The notes under the pieces: model-generated | What the model saw: only the letters and a program-made list of their open reading frames with translations | What the model was told of the DNA's origin: nothing | The model's database searches: none | Translations under genes and position numbers: made by a program | Part shown: one piece after another, positions 52,936 to 64,000 of the stretch | Numbering within the stretch: the first letter of the stretch is position 1 | How the letters are laid out: every line of letters begins with the position of its first letter | Origin: Geosiphon pyriformis uo1 | Taxonomy: Eukaryota > Fungi > Glomeromycota | Reading direction: 5' to 3' | DNA length: 64,000 nucleotides | Assembly (NCBI GenBank): GCA_016748015.1 | Contig: JAAOMT010000098.1 | Span: forward strand, 18,217 to 82,216

Positions 52936-55589
52936 CGCCTTCACCGTTACTCCTCATTTCCCCACATTACATCTTTCAACTTTTTATCATCAGTTGTACC
53001 GTGGCGCTTCAAGGATCTCACTTGATCCAACGCTACACAACTCTTTCATTTTCGCATTTAATTGAAAAAGAATTATTGCTCAATTGAAAAACCTCTCAAA
53101 CTCCAACCCTAAATGAAAGTCACCCTCCCAAACAATATCATGGAATCCTATTCAGCTTTCACTCTCTCTTATCGATAATTCATCAATCCCGAATGAAAAC
53201 CATCATCAAATCCGATAACCAAAACAACAAACCCAATACACTACTTGGGGAGGGTAGTAGTTATATCAATACTTTCTTTCACAATCTAATTCACCATCAT
53301 TTTCTTTCGTTTTACTTGCCTAAAGGCATTTATTTCCAATCAAAACAATTTTAACATTCTTCCTAACATTGAGGATTTTTATCACAAGCTTCCCAATCTT
53401 GATTCACTGAATTGCTACACAGTCCCATATCTGATTCACATTCAACGATTCTTGAACATTATTTTTACCACCACCTCACATCCAGGACTTTTCATTCAAA
53501 TATAAATATATAAATAATATACACACATAAAAACTAGATAAAATAGATATTTTGGAATAATTAGGGGGAAGAAGAAAGAGCTGTTGTTTGGTAAATTTAG
53601 CAATTCAGTTTTTTAGGAGGTTAGAGTAATCATCTACTTCCGAAATCATAATTCAAAAAAAGTGTAGCATCTTTACAAAAAATTTTGAAAGGTTTATTTT
53701 TTGCTGAGGTTTTCCTCATTCAAACTTGATGTGAGAATGAAGTTTGGCGATAATTTCTCGTGAGGTGGTGGTGGATATATACTTTCACATATATATCAAA
53801 TTTTATATTATATAACGATGAAAAAAATTTTAAAATCGAGATACTTAATTAAAAATTAGCTCATATTCGCTGCAAAGCAATCCTTGAAACATCTTCAAAT
53901 AAAACATCAAAAAAGTTCTGCATTTTCTTTCAACAATAAATTAAGAAAGTAGAATTGGGATTTTTTCAATCACTGTTAGAGAATGGAAATTAATCAATCA
54001 CCAATCATTTGTGTTAAATGATACTGAAAAAGTCAAAGCTTTTTGAGTTACATGAGTTTATTAAACATCAAATGAGCCAGTTCGATATTTTAATTAATTG
54101 CTTCGGTAATTTCGAATAATTGGACCTTTTAGGAAATCAACATATAATTCATTGGGAGAAATATCTAGTTTCATCTTGGATCACAAATTGTCCAAATTGT
54201 GCACGACATTCCTCAGTTAATCGCTAAGGGTGATTAAACCAAAAGCCAAATTACTCATTTTTGGGCTGATCCATTTTGTTGTATGCATTATTTACCCGAT
54301 CAATCATGAAAAAATTTTGTTCTAGTTTTGTCACTGGCCGAGAGCCTTCTTAACGTCAAAGATCCCGTGAAAGGGAGAAATGACATAAAGTAAGATCATG
54401 AATTCTCAGGAAAGTTAATATCTTTAATCTAACCGAAATAGAGGCAATATTCTACCATAGAACCACTAAAAACGGAGGTAACTAAAAGATGAGGGTTTTG
54501 TTTGGTTGTTTGTTTCGTTGCTTGATCTCTTAATTAAATACAACGTAATTTTCATGTTTGTGCATTTTAATAAATTAAACAAGTTTTATTGCATGCCAAT
54601 GGTTTTACTTGATGAGCAGAAAAAACTTTCACCCCTAATCAAAAATTCAAATTAACTAAAAAAAACAAACTCATATTGCTAAGAATTTTAAAATATTTCA
54701 AAATAATGTAAGCTGATTCCAATATTTATATGATTTTATATAAGCTAATTTTCGTAAAAAAGATAAATTACTTGTATTAAATAATAAATTTGATTAAATT
54801 TTTTATAACAGATAATAAAAAACAACGTTTCTTTTTAACTTTAATGAACATTAATTTTTGTATTTACATTTTTGTAACACAATATAAATTTTAATTACGT
54901 TATATATTACAAAAATCAATAATTAAATCTTTTTTTACATGACTTTTTTAAATAAAATATACAAGAAGCAAATAATTTAAATTTTTTACTTTATGTTTAA
55001 ATTTTAATATTGCAAGATTATTTTCATTAACCATGTTTAATATATTTTGGTTTTATAAAATATGTATTGTTTGATAATTTTCAATATTAATTGATCAATA
55101 AAATTGAAATTAATAGGATGGTTTTATTTAAACATTATTAAAATAAATATTTATTTATAAAATTATATTATTTTTTTTATATTTTAAAATTAATTCTATA
55201 TTATTAAAAATTAAAACAATTTAAAATTTATTTGGTTTATAAAATAATATTATATAATATTAATTTTTTTCTAGCTTTATTAAGAGTACACATTTAAAAA
55301 AAACATGTATTATACATTTTTAAATGTAAATCACCATCCAAACCAATTAAAACTATTCTAATGTTTTTTTTAAAACTTAATCTAACAACCATTTTCGTCT
55401 TGCAAACTATAAACTCGTTAAAAATTTATTATAAGTGTCTTTGTTTATATTATATACTCAAGATATATATTAAAGTTTTTTTTATCCACAAAAATATCTG
55501 TGTTACTAGATTTCAAACTTGTGGTTTAATAAAACAGCATTAAAATTCTTTTTGAATCAAAAAATTAATGAGTTTTTTAACATAAATTA

Positions 55590-57700
55590 TTAGGTTGTCT
55601 CGGTTTTTTTAAACTTAAAAAAGCTTTTGGATTTTTGGTTTAAATGTGGTTTAAAAATTGGTTAATAAAGATGAATAGAAATTTAAAGTTATTAATATTA
55701 GTTTTGTTAAGTAAACTTAGTTCAAAGAAGTTTTTTTGATAATTTTATTGCATATAAATAATTTTGCTTTGGCCAAAAATACTAAAAATCTGAATACTAT
55801 GTAAATTATTTTACATAAAACTATATTAAGTTTAATTAAGATGTAATTTTAAATATTATAATTAATATTTGTAAAAGTTTTTACTTTTTTAAATTGAAAC
55901 TATTGATTTCTAAGTTATTAAAATATTTTAAATTGGATAATAATAATAAGATTTTTGTACTGTTTTAATTTTAGACTAAATTGATTATAATTATTATTAT
56001 TACTATTAGTCAAAAAGCTTTTATGTAAATTTAGTACTATAAAAATTGATTATTATTAAGAAAAATTACAGATTATTTAAGTAGTATAAGCCAAAACTAA
56101 GAATACAAGTATTTAAACTATTATTAATAAATAAATAAAACACTTTAATATTAACAAATAAAAAAAATTTTTGAACAACCATTCCAAAAAATTGTTTTAA
56201 ACTATTTGGTTACAAATAATAAATTAATTTTTAAATCTAAACTAATTATATTTAAAATGAATTTGGTTATAGAAATTTAAATTAAAAAAAGTTATTAAAA
56301 ATAATTGGAAATTTTTCATATAGTAAAGTTATTAAATTGTTTAATATTTTAACTAAAATTTAGAAAAATTATAATAAATTGGTTTTAAATTATTTATTAG
56401 TTCTTTTTAATAATTTTTTAATATTAAAGAAGAGTTTTGATTTTTAATAATGTGTTTAAGTATTTATTATTTCTAAGTTTTAAAATTAAAAAAATATATT
56501 AATTAATATTTGATTTATAGTATTAATTAAAATTATTAAAAAAAATTTAGAATTTTGTTTAATAAAATTTGTGACTTAAATAATATATTATATGAAAATA
56601 ATTTTGCTGTTTTAAAAAATTTATTTACATAAATACACATTTTTGCTGTTAAATTAATTATTAAGAATACTTTATAAAAAAAATTTAAAATTTGATAGTT
56701 TTTTAAAATACACATAAAACATATAATTTTGTAAATTAATTTTATTGAAATATTATTTACTTAGAATTAAAATGTGTAAAAAAATTATTAAATTTTTTAG
56801 CAATATTTATTTCAACAGAACCAATTATATAATAAAAGATTTTAAATTAAATTAAAATAAAATTTTTTTGATTACCGAAGTTTTTGTTAATAATACAATT
56901 TGAATTAATAACTATTATACTATTATATAGAATATTCCAAATAATATTAGTTAATTTTTGTAATTAATAATATTAATAGAAAAAAAAACTGTTGTTATTT
57001 ACATTAATTTTAAAATTAGTATAACAAATTTAAATATTTACAACCAGCCAATTAATATAAACAAATTAAATAATTTACATAAATATTTAGAAATTATGTT
57101 TTAAATTTGAAAAAAAACTTTAGTATTTTAAAAAGTCAATTTTAAATAAGTAATTTGTTTATTTAGTTATAGTATATTATGTTTAATTATTAAATATCTT
57201 ATATAATTTAATTTAATTTACAAAAATATTTAGTTTAAAACTAACTTGTTTAAGAATTATTTAATTAAAACTATTTGTTATATAGTATTAAACTTTTTAA
57301 TTAAATTTAAACTAAAAATAAAGCTTTAACAATATTAAATTTTATTAATAATTCTAATTTGTTTAAATATTTGTTTTTTTTATAGTTTATTAATTTATAT
57401 ATATTAAAATAAAAAATAATTGGTTTATTTAAAAAGTCTATAAACATATTAACAAATTTTGTTGACAAATATAATAAACTTTTTTAAAAAATTGGGTTTT
57501 GTATAAAAATATTAACATTTATCCTTTTAATAATAGATTTAAATTGTCAGTTTTATATATTTTAAATAAGTTGATATTTGCAAATTTATTAAAAACTTGA
57601 AAAAATATTATATTATTATTAATTAAAAATTTTTTAAAAAAAGCAATTAAATTCCAAAAATTCAGTTTTTAATTAATTAATAAAATATGTTTATTATTTA
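55590..57700 (+). mobile_element. Very decayed LINE ORF2 remnant related to 8505..14853
   Basis: EQPFQKIVLNYLVTNNKLIFKSKL (~56173) parallels KIVFDYLVINKNLVLK (~11390). NIYNQPINI...HKYLEIM (~57034) parallels HRYLNIF (~12578). Boundaries are approximate. Confidence 0.65.
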
Positions 57701-59098
57701 AAAAATATAATATTTAAGATTTTTTATGTATTATATTCTGTTTTTTAAAACATTAATATAATTAAAAAAAAACATTTTTTTTATAAAATTTACAATAAAA
57801 AATAAAAATTGTATATTAATAACTAAGTTAATAATTAGTTTAATAATTAAATTATTAATTAAATTAAACAAAATAATATTAATTTTATAATATAAATTAT
57901 TATTAAAATTTAAAATTTAAAAAATAATTACTTAAATTAAATTTTAACATATATTAATATTATTATTAACTAATCAATAACTTTGTAAAAAAAAAAGACA
58001 ATATTATAAAAAAATAATTAATTAAATATGTAAAAAAAAACATATAAATTTTTTAAAATACCTAATTAAAATAGTTTTAATATATATTTAATACTAGTTA
58101 CACATTAATTATTTTTATTATGTAATATTTTTTTGAATATTTATAGTTAAAACATTGATAAAAAAAGATTATACTTGTTAAAAAAAATCTTATATTAATA
58201 AATATCTAGTGTTAATATACTAAGTTAAATAATTATTATAATAAATAAAAAATCAAGTGTATAATAATAATATACTAATAAGAATATTGATTGATATTAA
58301 TAATTAGTATTTCATACATATTTCACATGAAAACTTGGCATTAAAACCCAAAAGATTCATGAAAATCTCATTGTTATGATGAATTCTGGCTAGTGGCATA
58401 TTTTTGTGATCACAACAGGGATGTGCTGTTTTTTAATAAAATAACCCGGGATCCTGGCTCTATGTAATTTTAAACACACTGAACGAATGAAATTTATTAC
58501 CTGCAATGACCTGCATTTCAGATCAAACAAATCAAACACCACTTATAAAGCTGAACTTTACTTAATAATCATTTTCGAAACAATTTTTGATCACTCTTTG
58601 TTTTTCTGTCAAAAAACTTATCTTGCAGCATCAAATCTGACCGAATTTCAAAAGTCTATTTTGACTTTGAATCAGCCAATAATCATCTATTGTCATGCAA
58701 GCCAAATTTGCAGCTTTTTATAGGTAAATAAGAAAATTTATTCCAAGAATTTCCCAGTCACTGAAAAGGCACATGTACGTTTCACATTCCACAATAAAAT
58801 ACATATTGAAAAGCAAGAACAAATTTCTCTTCCCTGGTCAAAATCAGCCTTGAATAGAGCCATTTTTCTTTTTTGTTACTGAAATGAAAATTACAGCCCA
58901 TCCAGCCAGGAATTCATCCATCACTGATCAGAATCACTGGTCAAAAGATGATTCATTACCTAGCAAAGGTCTCTATTTACCACATCATTGAAATATGGGA
59001 TTATGGAAAATATAAATGACAGATTCAGCTTAAATTTTGATCATTACTCTTTTTACTTTTTTATTTGACATAATATATTAAAAACATCTTAATTTTAA

Positions 59099-60218
59099 AT
59101 GTCTTTATTCATTCGTAGCCACGAAAATCCAGATCAAGGCTCTTCAACAAACTCATCATATCTATCGCAAAGTATATTGACACGACCACTACGGACTTTG
59201 ACAACAACAACAACAACAACACCATCATCATCATCAACATCAACATCAACATCTTATTATCAACAAGTTCAGTCACGAAATGAACCAGGCATCATTGAAT
59301 CTGAGTCGTTTAATCTTATTTGTCGATGGGGAGATTGTAATTTCCAAGCAAGCTCTATGAAAGAAATTTATGCACATGGTGAAGCTGAACATCTTAGAAG
59401 ATTAAAAAAGGAAATGAAATTTCATTGCGATTGGGGTTTATGTCCCACGTTCACAGATAGCCAAGAGGAATTAATAGAGCATATATTAAAGAATCATTTG
59501 GGTGCCGTGAAGAATGATTGCGGGGTTTATGGTCCAGATGATGGGTTTAGATCCAAAATTTTTGAAAATCGATATCATGAGGCAAGCAAAATCATTTGAG
59601 TTTTCAATTACGATTTGCAGTTTTCAAGAAAGTTTTCTTTTTCGTTTTTTTTTTGTTTTTTTTAAACAGCGTCTTGTTGAACTAAAAGCTCAAAATAAGA
59701 AACTGTTACAATACCTGACTCCATTGAAAGAAGAAAATCAACGTCTCCTTGCCATCAATTTACAAGACAAGGAACATCAAAAACAATTAGATAAGGAGCT
59801 ACGATATCACCAATCCTTCGTCGAGATTATGCATCAACAAAATCGGAAATCACATGATAGAATGCGTCAGCTGGCTATGGAGGATTATAGTTCAAACAAG
59901 AGAAAGCCTGAAGACGTTGAGGTGATTGTGATTGATGATGATAGTGAAGATGAAGATGAATATATTCCAACAAATACATCAAGTAGCAGCTCAAACCGAT
60001 CAACTAACGCTAAAAGACATCGATTAGATCAGGCCAAAGAAATCGAAGAGTTCAATTCATCAGCTCATAGAAAGCATAAAGACCGACTCGATTTTTTGCA
60101 ACTCGATGGATTTACATGCGAATGGGTAAATTGTGGAAAAGATTTTTTAAATGAATTTGAATTGGCAGCCCATATTCGTCGAGCCCATTTTGTTACTACT
60201 TTTGGCAAGAGGAAGTGA
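59099..60218 (+). CDS. C2H2 zinc-finger protein with central coiled coil (exons 59099-59581, 59670-60218)
   Basis: Three CxW-type fingers (CRWGDC..H..H, CDWGLC..H..H, CEWVNC..H..H), a coiled coil RLVELKAQNKKL..., and acidic and basic patches. The two ORFs join at phase 0 via GAG|GCAAGC...AACAG|CGT. Confidence 0.88.
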
Positions 60219-61311
60219 AAACGTAAAATGAGAAATCATTTTTATCTTAATAATGGGTAAAATTTTATCGGGAAAATTGTTCACTATGAATCAGATACAG
60301 GTATATTTAGGACACTGGCTTGTGAGCTGTAGTCATGATTCAATGTCAAAATTTTGTATGTCGCAATTTTATCACATGAAAATTTTCGGGAAGCAGTTGT
60401 AGAATAGGGACATTTGAAATGAAAAATTTATAAGAATTAACAGCATTTAGACCCTGCGAACATTGCCCTGCAGTAGTTTTCAGCCATTAGTAAGCATTAT
60501 AAGCGAGAAAGACGGAAAGAATTCTTTTTCATAGTGAATGATAAATATCAGCTTTACGGCGCTTCCTTCTAACGTTTAATTTGCGAGGATTTGCAAAAAT
60601 TTATAAGACCAAAAAATTGGTCAATTTATATTTCAAAGAAAATCAATAACCGCTAAATTTATCATTTATCAACACCTGAAATCAATTAACTGTTAGGGTT
60701 TTAATCACTTATAAATATTTCAACTCTAAGGAATTTCAAGCAACAAGAAACTCAATCCAATTAAAGATTGAACTAGCAAATCATTTGATAACATAGAATT
60801 AATACGATGAATGTAGTCCTGCTTCAAAATCTAATAATACAAATAAACTCAAATAATAAAATAATGTTACATCAATTATTGCAAGGTTTAAAAGAAAATT
60901 TTATTAAAATTCTAATCTAAGCAATATACTATGATTTTTTTTTTGTAAAAGTTTTTGCAAGTTGATTCAAAACATTCTTCCTGGATTGTATATTAAAATT
61001 AATTGCTTTGACATTTATATTTAAACAAATAATAATCACTGTTATAATTTTTCAAAAATGAGTAATTGGTATTTTTATAATAAATTAATTAAAATTAGTT
61101 TTACTTTTGAAATAATTTAAAACCCATAATCATTTGTCAAAAATTATTTAATAAAAACAAATAAATATTTGCAAAAAAAAAGGGTTATGATTATAAAAAC
61201 AATCATAATGTACTTTAATCCGAAAATTAAAAAATGTATTCAAAAACATTTAAAATTTAAATTAATAGTAAATATAAATATAAGTAAAATTTTAAATACG
61301 TGTTTGAAATG

Positions 61312-61560
61312 TTAAAGAACGACTCTACAACAACAACAACAACAACAACAACAATAACAATAACAACAACAACAACGCCAATGCGCATTCATCCAGGAGC
61401 AGTTTATACAAGTCGTCTTTTAACTTTACAAATAATTGAAAAAACAAAAGGTTAATTTATCATGTTTATAAGTTATAAACATTTTAATTAAAATAATTTA
61501 ATATGCTTAACTTTCTTTTCAATTATAATTTTTAAAATAGATGTTATCTACCTTCCATAG
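61312..61560 (+). pseudogene. Isolated TKL kinase tail fragment
   Basis: ERLY/TTTT...PMRIHPGAVYTSRLLTLQIIEKTK followed by a GT donor; no kinase domain upstream. Confidence 0.75.
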
Positions 61561-62589
61561 ACGACTCTTAAAGTGATGAATGCCTTTTTTTATTTAGTTA
61601 TCTATTTTATTATATAGATTATTTTTTTAATATTCAAAAATATAAATAATTCAAATTAAATTTATTCAGTTCGTAATTAGTTTAGACTTTTATTTTTTAA
61701 ATTTTTTTAAACAATAAATTAAATTTTATCCACTCAAATAAATTCACTTTTATTTTTACTATATTAAAATTTTTTAATTTTTTAAAAAACCTTTCAGTGT
61801 AAAACTATTTAATTCCTTATATTTTTCTTCTAATAAAATATTTAAATTTATTGCTTGAAAACCAATGTAAGATTTATCTGATATATTGAAATAATTCTTT
61901 TATTGAATCATTTTCTTCTTAACCAAACTATTACTAGATTATCATTTAATGTTAGCATTATGATTCATTATTATTATTAAAATACCATTTTTATATTTTT
62001 TAAATTCCAACAATAAATGTACTATGATCAATCTCATAAATTTGAAAAAAATTATTATTATTCAATACAATAAAAATTTCTTATTCTTATCAAACAAAAA
62101 ATTTAATACAGATTTTTTTTGAATAATATATTTTTTTATGATTTTTTTTTCAATATATTATTAACTGAACATATGGTGATTGAAAACCCAAAAACATTTT
62201 AAAATTTTATTTTTTACATTGAATTAAATTTTCATCTGCATTTTTTTTTGAATTAATATAAATAATTAAAATTAAAATTGAGGAGTTTAAAATAGATTTT
62301 TGAATATATTATTATGCCTTCTAAATACTTAAACAATTTCAATTGCCCAAATATTAAGTAAATATCTCAAATATCTTCAAATGCCATGAAAAATTTGATT
62401 TATGGTAAATAAGTTCTAAAGTTTGGATAATAAATACCTGTCAGCTTTATAATTTTCAGATTTATTTTTGATTAAAAAATTTGAAATCAAATTAAGAATA
62501 AAATAGAGTATTATTACTGTTTAAATAATTTGTATACAATATATGGGTGTTTAATTTATCTATTAAATAAAATTAGCGAAATTATGAAT

Positions 62590-64000
62590 TTAAATTATCA
62601 TCAAAACAAAACTTAAAATTCCAACAAAGGCCAGAATAAATACAGTATTCCCTGTTGTTCGACTTATACCTAGAGAAGTCTCCCCTACTAATCCATTTTT
62701 AGTTTGTGGATTATAGCTTGTAGGTTTAAAATACCAACCAGTATCACCACCCCAATTTACAACGATAGTTTTTACTGGCTCATTTTGATTTTCACCAAGT
62801 TTTGAACTTGGATTTTCTTTTGAAATAGAGAATGGGTTTAAGGTTATTGAGGTCGGATCTACCGAGGTTCTGAAAAATAATGAGATTGGATTATCAAGGT
62901 TAAAATGGGCATCAAATATGCTAGAAAACTTTTGTACTGTGAAAAAACATAATCTGGTACCGGATAATAGTAATCGATGTGGACATGTATGAGCCTGTAA
63001 TAATTGATCTTTGCAAATGGAGATAGTTAGTTTTAATATTTCTGTAAATTTTACGCCAGCACATAAGAACATTTTTTGCCTTACTTTGAAATAGTAGGAT
63101 TTATAGGTTGATCTGTTGGAGATATTGAAGTTACAGAAGTGATTGGATTTGTGCTAATTTTCCAAAAAAAGCCATTAACATATAATTGAAAAATCGAAGT
63201 TTCAAAGTTTAATAAAAACCAAACATACTATGTTACTGGTATCCCTGTTAGTGTTACGCTTTTAAATAGAGCCCTAATGAAAAAAACCAGAGATAGAATT
63301 ATATTTTGAACTTTCATTAAACGATAATTTTGAAAAATTTTCTGCTTCTGAACTTACACACTATTTTCGCCAGTTGGTGTAAGAATGAGTCCACTGCTAG
63401 ATAATTAAAATTAATTTTGTCAATGAGGGTAAGGAATATGTGAGAAATTGGAATTCATAAATCTGACATAATTTGTTCTTACGATTGAAATGATTCTGAA
63501 TGTATTCCGTCTGATCCTATTAACGAGGGCTTAGCTACGGGTGTGATGGATGATTGAAAAGTTAGTTCAGCTATAGGTGAAGATTCACTTATGGGTGTGA
63601 TCGGTGGTATGAACTTTGTCATTGCAGTTATGGGTGTAGTCGGTGTTTGAGAGCTTGAAGTTTGAGCTATAGGTACATTCGGTGAAGGTTTAGCTATAAG
63701 TGTAATCGGTGTTTGAGATGAAGTCTTAACTATAGGTATGCTTGGTGTTTGGGTGGTTGTTGCAATAGAAGAGGAAGGTTGAATTATGTGTGTAATTAGT
63801 GTTTGAGAGATAGGTGTGATCGGTGTTTGACTGGTTGTTGCAATAGAAGAGGAAAGTTGAATTATCTGTGTAATTGGTGTTTGAGAGGTTGAGGTTTGAA
63901 GTATGGTATTTGCTGAAGGTTTGACTATAGGTGTGATCGGTGTTTGACTGGTTGTTGCAATAGAAGAGGAAAGTTGAATTATCTGTGTAATTGGTGTTTG
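62590..64000 (-). CDS. Mucin-like Ser/Thr/Pro-rich surface protein with C-terminal hydrophobic (GPI/TM) tail; 5' end outside window
   Basis: Tandem QTPITQIIQLSSSIATTSQTPITPI-type repeats at ~63500-64000 and several short GT-AG exons. The last exon (from ~62870) ends NWGGDTGWYFKP...TVFILAFVGILSFVLMII*. Confidence 0.8.

Noticed and set aside
53466-53772. 13-bp inverted repeat ACCACCACCTCAC downstream of the kinase
   Set aside because: A single short match with no extended stem; compatible with chance.

Overview
Very AT-rich, intron-containing eukaryotic DNA. The gene families (TKL kinases with an IHPGAVYxSRLL tail, class-3 lipase-like genes, an alpha-arrestin, RNase H-bearing LINEs) point to a Glomeromycotina fungus. 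From memory the repeats resemble Geosiphon/Archaeosporales; this is inference, not a search. The left ~38 kb is an accessory, transposon-rich compartment. It holds a near full-length decayed LINE, a Ginger2-like integrase transposon with long TIRs and a 4-bp TSD inside a kinase gene, Tc1 and pogo remnants, several dead TKL kinase copies, small secreted peptides not captured as full ORFs in the track (including a Cys-rich Opy2-N-like pair), and two near-identical lipase-fold genes. The right part holds intact genes: alpha-arrestin, a third lipase-fold gene, a GPI-type S/T/N-rich protein, a multi-exon non-RD TKL kinase, a C2H2 protein with a likely GC-AG intron, and a mucin-like gene running off the end. 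Two signals stand out. (1) All three intact lipase-fold genes have Gly in place of the catalytic Ser, and two also lack the His, suggesting a maintained family of membrane-anchored pseudo-lipases. (2) Repeats show heavy, mostly non-CpG C>T/G>A erosion reminiscent of RIP. Exon models were built by hand and need RNA confirmation.
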